Assembly: GCA_052168235.1 (NCBI GenBank)
Contig: JBQLZK010000007.1
Coordinates: forward strand, 64,001 to 128,000
Source of the DNA: Thainema sp.
GTDB taxonomy: Bacteria; Cyanobacteriota; Cyanobacteriia; Phormidesmidales; Phormidesmidaceae
Direction: 5' to 3'
Length of the DNA stretch: 64,000 nt
Shown: positions 10,214 to 20,185 of the stretch, piece after piece
Layout of the letters: every line of letters begins with the position of its first letter
How positions within the stretch are numbered: position 1 is the first letter of the stretch
Notes under the pieces: generated by a model
What the model saw: the letters and a program-made list of their open reading frames with translations, nothing else
Database searches by the model: none
What the model was told of the DNA's origin: nothing
Made by a program: the position numbers and the translations under genes

Positions 10214-11005
10214 GTGTCAACTGGGTTAACTTCCACCACTGCTGCCACCTCACTTCGGCTGAACCAAGTTCATGTCTCAGCACCCAACGGCCCGACGGAA
10301 ATCCTGCACAACCTGACGTTTGATGTTCCTGCCGGAGCGTTTGCCCTGATTGTTGGCCCTTCAGGATCAGGCAAAACGTCTCTGTTGCGATTACTCAATC
10401 GGCTCAGCGATCCCGATCAGGGCAGCATCTTTCTGGGCGGACAAAACATCCGTCAACTGCCCGTCTTGGAACTGCGGCGGCAGGTGGTTCTCGTACCGCA
10501 AGAACCCAAGCTGCTGGGGATGACCGTGGAAGAAACGCTGCTCTATCCCCTCAAGCTGCGCGGCGTTGCCCCACGAGCCGCTCAAGCTCAGATGCAGCCT
10601 TGGCTAGAGCGCTTGCAGATTCCATCTGAATGGCTAGAGCGCAATGAACTACAGCTTTCCCTCGGTCAGCGTCAGCGAATTGCGATCGCACGTGCCCTCA
10701 TCCTTTCTCCTCCAGTCCTGCTCCTCGACGAACCCACGGCTTCTCTCGATCTAGGCCAAGCGACTAGTTTACTAACGCTGATTGCTGAGCTGACGCAGTT
10801 CGGCAATATGACCGTGCTGATGGCCAACCACCAGGTTGAACTAGCGCGATCGCGCTGTACCTATGTGGTTCAGCTCCAGCAGGGCAAACTGGTTCGCTCC
10901 GCACCCGCCGATCAAATTAACTGGGATGAAGTGAAATCCGACATTATCCAAGCTGAGCAGCGTGCCCAGGATGAATGGGATGATGCCGATGAAGAGGGAT
11001 TTTAG
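10214..11005 (+). CDS. ABC transporter ATP-binding protein
   Basis: GPSGSGKT, LSLGQRQR and LLLDEPT motifs. Confidence 0.93.
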   Translation: MSTGLTSTTAATSLRLNQVHVSAPNGPTEILHNLTFDVPAGAFALIVGPSGSGKTSLLRLLNRLSDPDQGSIFLGGQNIRQLPVLELRRQVVLVPQEPKLLGMTVEETLLYPLKLRGVAPRAAQAQMQPWLERLQIPSEWLERNELQLSLGQRQRIAIARALILSPPVLLLDEPTASLDLGQATSLLTLIAELTQFGNMTVLMANHQVELARSRCTYVVQLQQGKLVRSAPADQINWDEVKSDIIQAEQRAQDEWDDADEEGF

Positions 11006-11517
11006 GATTGGCTCAACAGCAGTCGAGGTGGCGTCAGCCAAAATAGCTCACTGTTGCCCAGCGCGGTTGCAAGATCATCCGGTAAACTGAGGCCGATAAT
11101 GCCTGCTTTTTTGAGCTGGATGTTTCCGCGTACTGTACTGCCAATTAGCTGTTCTGCCCACATACTCAGGTCAGGTTCGTGACCCACAAAAGTGATTCGA
11201 GTGGGTTGATCCAGTGATTTTAGAATAGTTGCGAGATCGGCTAAGGCGCGATCGCACTCTCCTCCGGGTGCAAGCTGATTAAACACCTGCACCGATGAAC
11301 CGAGTCCAACCGCTTGCAAAATATCAGCCGTTTGCCGAGCGCGCACCAGCGGACTGGTCAAAATCAGATCAAACGTGATCCCCAATTCCTTTAGTCGCTG
11401 CGCTACCTGCTGCGTTTTCCGTTCGCCTTTGGGAATCAGCGGACGTTCATCATCGTTTGCATAGGTGCCTCGCTCAGCAGCGATGCCGTGTCGAATCAAG
11501 TAAAGCTCAATTGCCAT
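11002..11517 (-). CDS. sixA: Phosphohistidine phosphatase SixA
   Basis: LYLIRHG, SPLVRARQTA and VGHEP motifs. Start at MAIEL. Confidence 0.92.
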   Translation of the reverse strand: MAIELYLIRHGIAAERGTYANDDERPLIPKGERKTQQVAQRLKELGITFDLILTSPLVRARQTADILQAVGLGSSVQVFNQLAPGGECDRALADLATILKSLDQPTRITFVGHEPDLSMWAEQLIGSTVRGNIQLKKAGIIGLSLPDDLATALGNSELFWLTPPRLLLSQS

Positions 11518-11528
11518 CGGTTTAATAA

Positions 11529-11792
11529 TCAGGTCTTTCGGCGTTGCCAAAGGGCAATTTGCTGATGTTCACCAGCACTTAAAATGTATTGTCCATCTGG
11601 ACTGAAAGCAACTGTATAAATGGGACGCTGACCCCAAATTTTTTCTTCTGCCTGCTGGCGCTGCGCTGGATCATTCGGAAAACTATCGGGATGCCACTGC
11701 TTTGCTAGCTGCCGATACGCCTGTTTGATTTCTGTAACGGAAGCCCCAGGCTGTAGACCCAAAAGCGCATAATATTCGCTAAAACTCTGCAT
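11529..11792 (-). pseudogene. Internally deleted DnaJ-domain/WD40 gene (87-aa in-frame remnant)
   Basis: J-domain (YYALLGL...AYRQLAKQWHPD...AEEK) breaks off and is joined directly to a single terminal WD40 repeat (VAFSPDGQYILSAGEHQQIALW). Confidence 0.7.
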
Positions 11793-11858
11793 GAACGCTG
11801 CTTTTACCAAACGCCTTGAGATCAGAATTCCCCAATTGTCCTCTTGCATAGCTCGGAC

Positions 11859-11903
11859 AAAAAAATGCACCCAAAGCGCACAAAACCTCTGGGTGCATTT
11901 TTT
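11859..11903. terminator. Terminator hairpin downstream of the DHH gene
   Basis: aaaaaatgcaccca...tgggtgcatttttt. Confidence 0.65.
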
Positions 11904-11968
11904 GAAAGACTCAGCTCAGTTTGAACCTAAATTGGTTACGGAATATGCGATCGCATTAATCGCGAAGA

Positions 11969-13165
11969 CTAATCGTGAGAGATCAAATCTTTATCCGGAT
12001 TTACTAGACTCATCAGCTTTTGCTTAATTTGCATATCAAAAGCTTCCCACTTGAGTTTGGTGTAGTTGCTGTCTTCATTGTTCCCAGAAAGGAAACCAAC
12101 TGGGATTTCAAAGCCACCCGCCATTGCTCGTCCGCCACCGAAGAAACCGCCCTGCTGGTTTTTGCCAAACGCTTCCTTGATGAACTCATCAGGATCGAGG
12201 GTGATATTGGATGTGCGCAGCGAACCAATTACCAGCTCTAGTTCTTCGTCTTCATCGTGAACGATGCCGTACACAATTGCAGTGTGGATATTTTCCTCAG
12301 TGACCAAGAAGTCTGCCGCTTGAGGAATAGCATCACGGTCGTCATACCGGAGATAGCCAACGCCTGCAATTGAGTAACTATTTTGAATGATGCGATTGCG
12401 CAGAGACCGCTCTATAACATCCATCACCCGCCGAGATCGCGATGCTTGCAGCACAGCACTCAGTAACTGGGTATCACAGTACTGACTGAGATAGGCAGCA
12501 GCCAAGAAATCCTCTTGGCGAGCCTGCATTAACCGATTCGTGTCCGTGCGTAAACCATGCATCAAGGCAGTAGCACATTTAATATGCTCGCGATTGTTGG
12601 GGTCTAGTGTCAGTAGACCAACTTCCAAATACTGCGTCAGGATTGTAGCTGTAGCGCGAACATCTGGACGCAGATCAATAAATTCGGGTTCTAAATTACC
12701 CTGGGGAGCATGGTGGTCAATAATTGCGACGACAGGCAAACCGCGATCGCGAATCGGAGCCGTCAACTGGCTGGTCGTGCCCTGATTGTCAATAAACACA
12801 CAGCCACGGTACATGGAAAAATCGCGCTCAGCCAGCGATGGAACCGACCATCGCTGGACAGGCAGCGCCGTCAGTTTAACCAGCGCAATATTTTCCTGAT
12901 GGCTTAGGGTTCCGGCATAGACAATATCACACTGAATATCGTACTGCTGAGCAATCAGGCGATAGGCCCAAGCGCTAGATAACGCATCTGGGTCAGGAAA
13001 ATCCTGCAGAATAACAATCTGGCGCTCCCCAGCATGATTTTCCATCATGTTTTCTAGGGCTTTCGCCTTTTGTATAGTTGGTGGAATACCATTACCACCA
13101 TTTTGCTCATTCGATTGAGAGCGAAATTGCTCAATAAGAGGATTGTCAGTTGGCATTAGATCCAA
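11969..13165 (-). CDS. DHH-family phosphoesterase (NrnA-like oligoribonuclease/PAP phosphatase)
   Basis: PDPDALSS, IIDHH, GLRTDT and GGGRAMAGG motifs. Confidence 0.88.
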   Translation of the reverse strand: MDLMPTDNPLIEQFRSQSNEQNGGNGIPPTIQKAKALENMMENHAGERQIVILQDFPDPDALSSAWAYRLIAQQYDIQCDIVYAGTLSHQENIALVKLTALPVQRWSVPSLAERDFSMYRGCVFIDNQGTTSQLTAPIRDRGLPVVAIIDHHAPQGNLEPEFIDLRPDVRATATILTQYLEVGLLTLDPNNREHIKCATALMHGLRTDTNRLMQARQEDFLAAAYLSQYCDTQLLSAVLQASRSRRVMDVIERSLRNRIIQNSYSIAGVGYLRYDDRDAIPQAADFLVTEENIHTAIVYGIVHDEDEELELVIGSLRTSNITLDPDEFIKEAFGKNQQGGFFGGGRAMAGGFEIPVGFLSGNNEDSNYTKLKWEAFDMQIKQKLMSLVNPDKDLISHD

Positions 13166-13564
13166 AAATAGTGATCAGCGAAGGATCGTGTTGAATTAAC
13201 AATATAGAGGCAATCAGGGGTTAGATGGAAGTACGGGTACCTGGAGTAAAATTTGGGCCGCGTTGGTTACGTTCACTTCAGCTTGCTTAGCCCAGTTACC
13301 GATGCCTCTCATATCAAATTTTGACTCAGTGGAACTGGATTGCACTCCACACTTTAAATTGTCGCAAAAATTTTCGAAATGTACCTGCCCTTGCGAGGGA
13401 GTTTACCCACCCAACTATTTACGGATCATGACATCTTCAAGTTAAATACAGCCAGAAGTTAGATCCAGCTAGTTAAACGCAGCCACAATGAAGCGAGAAC
13501 TGGACAAGGGGCTCTGTGTTGCAGAACCCCTCGTTTAATTCGTCTGAAACGATTTCGATTGAAA

Positions 13565-14329
13565 TTACTTCGATGCCATACCACGAGTTGTGCGGAAGGT
13601 GACGTTTACCCCTTCATTGGACTGTTCTAATACCAAAAGCGGTGTCGGCTTGGCCTTTTGGTCCCAGTGCATGGAGGCAATGCGCCCTTGAATCGTTGGT
13701 TGCCAGGTGTCGTGATCGGCATTGGGGCTGAGGTACGTTTCAATGCAGTCTACAATCTGGCTGATTGTAGTGGAAGTCGCCTGAGTCGGTAGCTTCATCA
13801 GCCGAATTTGAATCCGGAATAGAATACGCTTGGTGCCCTTTGGCATATCGCCCGGTTCGTATTCCACATCAAAAGTTTCGTCAATTTGTCGCCCTGTGCT
13901 GGCAATTCCAACAATTCCGCCAGAGGAAGGACTGGCACGCAGCGCCACGCTGATCCGCTGTTTTACCTTCATCTTGAGCTGATTCAGGATATAGAAGTGG
14001 AAAACTTCTTCATCCATTCGCATTCGCAAGTAATCGAGGTTGAACTCCCGTGAGTGGATCAGGTCGGGGTTCGTTTCCATCTTGGTGATGGTTCTCAATG
14101 CCAGCTTCAGCTTCTTTTTCAGCTCACGGTTTTTGAACTCTTCGAAGCGTGCCTGCTTTTTCACCTTCTTCATTTGAATATTGGAGAAGATCGCCAAGCC
14201 AACCAGCACCAGAAACAGTAGACCAGTACTGGCCATCCAAATCTGTGCGGATGAACCACCGGGTTCAGCGGCTGTTGCTTCAGGGGTTTGCGCAAGCTGT
14301 GGAGAAATCGAAACGATTGAGTTGGACAT
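13565..14329 (-). CDS. Conserved hypothetical protein (N-terminal TM helix plus coiled coil)
   Basis: 254-aa ORF with one TM segment, METNPDLIHSREFNLDYLRMRM, and a terminator-like hairpin at ~13497-13540. Confidence 0.75.
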   Translation of the reverse strand: MSNSIVSISPQLAQTPEATAAEPGGSSAQIWMASTGLLFLVLVGLAIFSNIQMKKVKKQARFEEFKNRELKKKLKLALRTITKMETNPDLIHSREFNLDYLRMRMDEEVFHFYILNQLKMKVKQRISVALRASPSSGGIVGIASTGRQIDETFDVEYEPGDMPKGTKRILFRIQIRLMKLPTQATSTTISQIVDCIETYLSPNADHDTWQPTIQGRIASMHWDQKAKPTPLLVLEQSNEGVNVTFRTTRGMASK

Positions 14330-15017
14330 GGTTCTTTTGATAGCTCAATCTAATTAAGAAGGGATTGACAGCAGAAGGTTGATTAAACGCGATCGCAGTT
14401 TATATTGCCAACGTATCATTTTGGCCATTCAAATCAGGTTTAAATCAGAACAAAACGCAGAATAAGTTATAAAATCTGCATCACTTTAGGGAGTATCTGG
14501 CAATTACAAGAACTGTCAGCTTTGTCTGTCCTGTTTCTGTTGTTCTATTTATAGAGTTCCCACTTCCTGGAACAAATTCATCATTTACTCTGAGAGTCGT
14601 AATGTACGCTCAGAGATAAAGACCCAAAGCCAACGTACTTCCAGAGCCATAATGCGATCGCACCTGAAGTGAGATAGTTTATTATCTTGAAGCCGATAGT
14701 GGTCAATCCAGTTGATTCTGATTCAAACTTTACATAGTCCGCACAAAGAGCGTCTAGTCTTCTAGCTTTATTACTTTGGGAAGAAGCTTGAAGATTTACG
14801 TTGGTAACAACCACCCGATGGGTTAGGGCATCACCATTGAAGTGAGCTGACATGAAATTGATGTGGAGTAGCTCTGCCTCATCCCCAACGTCCCAACCCT
14901 CAACGGCTAGCACCGTAACTGGCACGATTAACTGGCACTATAAGTCCACTGGCAGGCTAAAAAAGATGCCAGACTCAAAATGGTTGTGGTTAACCCCCAT
15001 AATGCGAGGATCTACCT

Positions 15018-17018
15018 GTGACGCTGCACAATCCAGAGGGGCAATCTAAATTGAACCCAATACAGGACAATAATGCACGTCACACCTATCAGGTGCTCGA
15101 ACAACTGACCGTTGGTGTTTACCATACCGATGCATCGGGTCACCTGATCTATGCTAATCCAGCCTTTTGCCGCTTTGTTGGCCTGGATTGGCCGCATCTA
15201 TCTGGGCAGCTCGTTCAATCGTTTATTGATGCCAACTATCGAACCCAGTATGTGCAGCAGGTCAAATCACTCATTGCAGGGCTTATCTCAGATCCCCCTA
15301 CCGGCCTACCCGCAGAACAGGCAGCAGAAATTCACTTAGAGCAACAATATGTGCGACAGGATAGTCAGCGCTGCTGGGCCAATGTTGTATTGTCTGCAGC
15401 TTGGCTGGAAACCTCATCAACCACCACTGATCGGCAGCATTGGGACAAAAGCCAATCAAGTCATCAAACCAGGCATGGCCAAACCGCCAGTATTTTAGTA
15501 GTGGTTCTGCCAAAGCACCAAAGCATCGAAACAAGCCACAACTCAGAACTACGTCGTTCTGAAGAAAAATTTGCTAAAACATTTCGCTCAAATCCCGATG
15601 CCATTTCGATTTCCAAACTGTCTGACGGACGTTACATCGATATCAACGATAGCTTTCTCCACATGTTCGGCTATCAGCGCCATCAGGTAATTGGTCGTAG
15701 CTGTTTTGAACTGAACATTTGGTCTCATCCCGCCGATGCAGAAACCGTCCGTCAACTCTTAATTTCAAATCAAGTCATTCGCAGTCAAGAGTATCAATGT
15801 TGCACCCGTTCGGGTCACCAAATTCTAGTTCTTTATTCAGCCGAGCTGATTACTCTAGACGATCAGCCTTGTATTCTGGCGTTTCGCAAAGATATTACAG
15901 AATATCGGCGGACTGAGCGACTGATGGTGCAGCAGGCTGAACGCGATCGACTGTTAACTCAGATGACGCAGCGGATCCGTCAATCCCTTGATCTCGATGA
16001 GATTTTGAACACCGCCGTGTTAGAAATTCGGCAAATTCTGAAAACGGATCGGGTAATTGTATATTGCATACCGGATCAGGGAGATGGAGAGGTAATTGTC
16101 GAGTCAGTAGACCCGCAGTGGCCGTCTATGATGGGACAAATGATTGCTGACCCAGCGGGGATGGCAGATCAGAGCGCCTTAGCCATTGACCAAGAGGAAC
16201 TGTACGGGAATGAGCTAGAAAGTTTAGGCAGTGAGCTGCCGGAACTGGAATATACCCATTTACTAGAGCAGTTTGATGTCCAGTCCAATCTAGTGATTCC
16301 CATCTTTGCTGGTGATGTTTCCTGGGGCTTTCTAGAAGTTCATCACTGTTCGGCGCGGCGACAGTGGCAGCCTTGGGAAGTCAACTTACTCACTCAGCTT
16401 TCCGATCAGCTTTCGATCGCCATTCAGCAGTCTCAGCTTTACATGAAGCTGAGGGAGGCAAACCATGAACTCCAGCGGATTGCACTGCTGGATGGCTTAA
16501 CCCGCATTGCCAATCGCCGCTGTTTAAACACTCAACTAGAACAGGAATGGCGACGGTCAGCCCGTGAGCAGCAGCCGCTCTCACTTTTGTTGTGCGATAT
16601 TGATTATTTCAAGCCTTATAACGACCACTATGGACATCCTGCTGGAGATCAGTGTTTGATTGATGTAGCACAGGCACTGGTTCGGGCTTCGCGGCGGCCA
16701 GCGGATTTGGTCGCTCGGTATGGAGGAGAGGAGTTTGCGGTCATCTTACCAAATACCAATCAATCTGGAGCGATTCGGGTGGCGCAGGCCATGAAAGCAC
16801 AGATCAAACGGCTCAATATTCCCCATAAGTTTTCTCAGGTTTCGTCGCAAATCACGATGAGCATGGGCATTGCTACGATCATCCCACAACCGAACAGTTC
16901 TTACGAACCGCTGATTAAAGCAGCCGATGAGGCGCTCTACACGGCCAAACTACAGGGTCGCGATCGCATTTCTTGCTATCGCTGGCATAAAACAAAAAAT
17001 GCGCTTACATCTGAATAG
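15018..17018 (+). CDS. PAS-PAS-GAF-GGDEF diguanylate cyclase
   Basis: Two PAS domains, GAF (RIRQSLDLDEIL...DRVIVY), DGLTRIANRR, RPAD I-site and GGEEF. Confidence 0.92.
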   Translation: MTLHNPEGQSKLNPIQDNNARHTYQVLEQLTVGVYHTDASGHLIYANPAFCRFVGLDWPHLSGQLVQSFIDANYRTQYVQQVKSLIAGLISDPPTGLPAEQAAEIHLEQQYVRQDSQRCWANVVLSAAWLETSSTTTDRQHWDKSQSSHQTRHGQTASILVVVLPKHQSIETSHNSELRRSEEKFAKTFRSNPDAISISKLSDGRYIDINDSFLHMFGYQRHQVIGRSCFELNIWSHPADAETVRQLLISNQVIRSQEYQCCTRSGHQILVLYSAELITLDDQPCILAFRKDITEYRRTERLMVQQAERDRLLTQMTQRIRQSLDLDEILNTAVLEIRQILKTDRVIVYCIPDQGDGEVIVESVDPQWPSMMGQMIADPAGMADQSALAIDQEELYGNELESLGSELPELEYTHLLEQFDVQSNLVIPIFAGDVSWGFLEVHHCSARRQWQPWEVNLLTQLSDQLSIAIQQSQLYMKLREANHELQRIALLDGLTRIANRRCLNTQLEQEWRRSAREQQPLSLLLCDIDYFKPYNDHYGHPAGDQCLIDVAQALVRASRRPADLVARYGGEEFAVILPNTNQSGAIRVAQAMKAQIKRLNIPHKFSQVSSQITMSMGIATIIPQPNSSYEPLIKAADEALYTAKLQGRDRISCYRWHKTKNALTSE

Positions 17019-17280
17019 TTCGCCATAGTCCACCAGAATTTGCCATAATTCGCCCCAATTCCCATCAAAATTCGCCAAATCACGTGCAGCAGCCCGAATC
17101 ATCCTGAACTTTGTCATGTCGTTGCGTAGTGTGATGCGTATCGGGCAATATATTTCCGGCGTACAGTCCCCATGACTTTAATCACCCAACTGAGAAGGGG
17201 GATTGCCATATCATGTGTACTGTACGCAACCTGCGCAACCTGCTTTCGCAATCGGGTATTCAACCTCTATCAAGACGCAC

Positions 17281-18294
17281 ATGGAATTGATTAAATCGGC
17301 TCTCATCCTCCTTATCAAAACTGGAATCGGGATGAGTGGAATTGCCCTCCTCGGGTATTTAGGTATTTGTGGCTATTTGTACATTAGACAGGCACATTTC
17401 ATCTTTTTCCCAACAGTTGGTCTTGCTGAAACTCCAGCCGATCGCAATTTGGCCTATCAAGATGTTTGGCTAACACCAGTTGAAGAACCAACTTCAGCAA
17501 CTGGCTCCCACTTAGGCTCTAAATTTAACTTGCCGGGTTGGGCAACTGCTCAAACTGCCAAACGAGATCGCATTCACGGCTGGTGGATACCAACCTCAAC
17601 ATCTGCCGATTCCCCATCACGCATTACCCAAACAGCTCCCGATGTTTTGCTCTATCTGCACGGCAATAGCGGCGGTGTCGATGTCAATTTGAACCATGCT
17701 GCCCGATTTCAGCGTTGGGGACTCTCAGTGCTGCTGATTGACTATCGTGGCTATGGACTCAGCACAGGCGCATTTCCGTCCGAACAGCAGGTTTACCAGG
17801 ATGCCGAAACGGCTTGGCATTATTTAGTACATACGCAAAATATTGCGCCCCACCGTATCATTATCTACGGGCATTCTTTAGGTGGTGCGATCGCAACTGA
17901 ACTGGCTAGTCGTCATCCAGATGCCGCCGGGTTGATTGTTGAAAGCTCATTCACCTCAATCGAAGCGATGGCAACTGTGCGAGGACGGTACAGCCTAATT
18001 CCGGTTAATCTGATTCTGCACCAGCGGTTTGACTCGATCCAAAAAGCGCCAGCATTAGAAATGCCGAGCTTATTCATTCATGGCCTACAAGATAGCGAAA
18101 TTCCTTATCAAATGAGTGAACAGCTCTATCAATCAGCTCCAGAACCGAAACAGCTTTGGTTAGTGCCAGGGGCAGGGCATGCTGACACAGCATCGCTCTA
18201 CGAAACGGCCTATCGCGATCGCATTCGCCAGTTCATTCACCTGATCCAGCAGCACCAAGCTCAACCGTTTGAATCCACCCCACTAGCTCAATAG
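17281..18294 (+). CDS. Alpha/beta hydrolase with N-terminal membrane anchor
   Basis: LYLHGN, DYRGYG, GHSLGG nucleophile elbow, IHGLQD and GAGH. Confidence 0.9.
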   Translation: MELIKSALILLIKTGIGMSGIALLGYLGICGYLYIRQAHFIFFPTVGLAETPADRNLAYQDVWLTPVEEPTSATGSHLGSKFNLPGWATAQTAKRDRIHGWWIPTSTSADSPSRITQTAPDVLLYLHGNSGGVDVNLNHAARFQRWGLSVLLIDYRGYGLSTGAFPSEQQVYQDAETAWHYLVHTQNIAPHRIIIYGHSLGGAIATELASRHPDAAGLIVESSFTSIEAMATVRGRYSLIPVNLILHQRFDSIQKAPALEMPSLFIHGLQDSEIPYQMSEQLYQSAPEPKQLWLVPGAGHADTASLYETAYRDRIRQFIHLIQQHQAQPFESTPLAQ

Positions 18295-18298
18295 CAAT

Positions 18299-18934
18299 TC
18301 AATAGCAATAACGTCCGCCCTTATCTGGACTTCCTTGGTTCTTGGCATCTCGCAGTGCTCCGAGCAAGGTTGACACAAAGACGCATCGTTTCAAACGTCC
18401 ACCGTTATGCCCCGTAAACGTTAGCCGTCCTAGTTGCCCGTTCACATGTCCCTGATAATTGAAGCGCATACGGTAAACTCCACTTGCTTTTGGAAACGTT
18501 GTTTCCGCCGTATCGATCTTCACAACAGACGTTAACGGTTGCCAAGTTGCCTTTGCTGGAGGCAATGTCACAGCATGGCTGGCCCACTCCACCTGATCAC
18601 CGACCTGCCGAAAACTTGCTTGCCAGGGTGTGCGGCGATGGATAGCTTCAAGTTGAGCTTGACGAATAATCTGATGGGCATCACTTTGCGCCACATTGAG
18701 CTGCTGACGCGTCAATAAGCCATTCCAGCTTGGAGCCACAATCAGCATCAAAATCCCCACAATGAACAAGACAATCAGGATCTCAAGCAGTGTAAAACCC
18801 GATGCCTGCGGCGCAGGATCAGGTGTACCATCAGCAACCCGATCAGACCAGAACCTACGAGACGAACGATTTCCGCACCAGCCCAACAGACGACGGCCTC
18901 CTTGAAGCCGCATCCTCCACTGCCGTTTCAACAT
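18299..18934 (-). CDS. Minor pilin / prepilin-type N-terminal cleavage protein (FimT/GspH-like)
   Basis: GFTLLEILIVLFIVGIL class III signal peptide and a C-terminal Cys pair. Start uncertain. Confidence 0.85.
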   Translation of the reverse strand: MLKRQWRMRLQGGRRLLGWCGNRSSRRFWSDRVADGTPDPAPQASGFTLLEILIVLFIVGILMLIVAPSWNGLLTRQQLNVAQSDAHQIIRQAQLEAIHRRTPWQASFRQVGDQVEWASHAVTLPPAKATWQPLTSVVKIDTAETTFPKASGVYRMRFNYQGHVNGQLGRLTFTGHNGGRLKRCVFVSTLLGALRDAKNQGSPDKGGRYCY

Positions 18935-19528
18935 AAAGTACTACACCCTTGATTCTGAAAAATTCACTGTGTATTCAACTGTTGTTCAACAGTTGAGCTC
19001 AACACATTGCGCTTAACAGGCACGCTGCGGACACCTTGCTTCGCGCAGCTGCGATATACCTGTTCTGAATGGGGACAAAAATTTGGACAAAACCAAACCT
19101 AGAACTGTTGATGTGGTGTTGCGATCTCAATTCAGCTAAACGATGGTCAGCCTGTTGAGATCTCGTTCAACGCACTCAGTCTATTTTTAAAATGCCCGTC
19201 TCTGAATTGCAGTTAACGTCTGACCATCGTCATAAGACAATTTTTTTGGCAGAGCATCTGAGTCTACGGAGTCTCAAACCGATAAACCCAGTAGCATTCA
19301 CTACTCAGTCTTTCAATTAGCTGCATGATATTGCGCAAAAAACTCTTGCAGTTTTTCCCAGAATAGCGGTAGCTGATCCGCGATCGCGCAATTTTCGAAA
19401 AAATTTTCCGTCTTTTCCTGAATTCTTGAAAGCCTTACTAGTCAAAGGATTTAGAGGTATCGCAGCTTGACCTCTACTCGATTTTCTGGAAAAAATTGGT
19501 TGGGGGTGATCGATCTGGCTGAAAAGGT

Positions 19529-19535
19529 GGGCAAG
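19529..19535 (+). promoter_or_regulatory. Possible SigF-type promoter element for pilA
   Basis: GGGCAAG about 55 nt upstream of the ATG, one mismatch from the GGGTAAG element known at cyanobacterial pilA1 promoters. Confidence 0.3.
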
Positions 19536-19588
19536 TTATTCTCAGGAGTTAGAAATCAGCTATCCCACCTCTCAAGGAGATTAATTAA

Positions 19589-20053
19589 ATGAACAGCGTA
19601 TTTGCAGCAAAGTACATCGGCCAACTACTCAACAAGAAGCGTAACAACGAGGGTTTCACCCTAATCGAACTGTTGGTTGTTATCATCATCATCGGTATTC
19701 TGGCCGCGATCGCACTACCTTCTTTCCTCAACCAAGCTAACAAAGCTCGTCAATCCGAAGCTCAAACCTACGTTGGTTCCATGAACCGCGCTCAGCAAGC
19801 TTACTACCTTGAGCAGCGTGAGTTTTCCGGCACGTTAGAGGGCCTAGAGCTCGGTATTAGCGATACTGAAAACTATGCTTACACCATTGAGGGTGGTGGT
19901 GCAGACAGCACTGAAGTCACCAACGTTGCAACAGCAAGCGGTGAAGACCTCAAGTCCTATGCTGGTGCAGTTTGGCTGGGTGAAGGTGATGACGGTAACG
20001 CAACCACCTTTGCTAAGGTTTGCCAAGATGCAACCACCTGTGAGCCTGACTAA
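19589..20053 (+). CDS. pilA: Major type IV pilin (PilA1-like)
   Basis: GFTLIELLVVIIIIGILAAIALPSFLNQANKARQSEA, AAGGAG RBS, and codon bias consistent with high expression. Confidence 0.92.
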   Translation: MNSVFAAKYIGQLLNKKRNNEGFTLIELLVVIIIIGILAAIALPSFLNQANKARQSEAQTYVGSMNRAQQAYYLEQREFSGTLEGLELGISDTENYAYTIEGGGADSTEVTNVATASGEDLKSYAGAVWLGEGDDGNATTFAKVCQDATTCEPD

Positions 20054-20101
20054 TAATCAAGGAACTACAGGCATCTAGTCTAGAAATTATATAATTTGCT
20101 T

Positions 20102-20135
20102 ACAGCCGCTAAAAAACTATACTTTTAGCGGCTGT
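20102..20135 (+). terminator. Hairpin after pilA
   Basis: acagccgctaaaa-N8-ttttagcggctgt. Confidence 0.65.
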
Positions 20136-20185
20136 GGCATATTTATGTAAGATGAAATGCACCCAATTTCTCTGTATACAGAGCA

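Noticed and set aside
14581..15049. ORFs 14581-14925 (-) and 14852-15049 (+) as genes or a pseudogene
   Set aside because: No recognisable motifs or RBS. Cannot be supported without a homology search.
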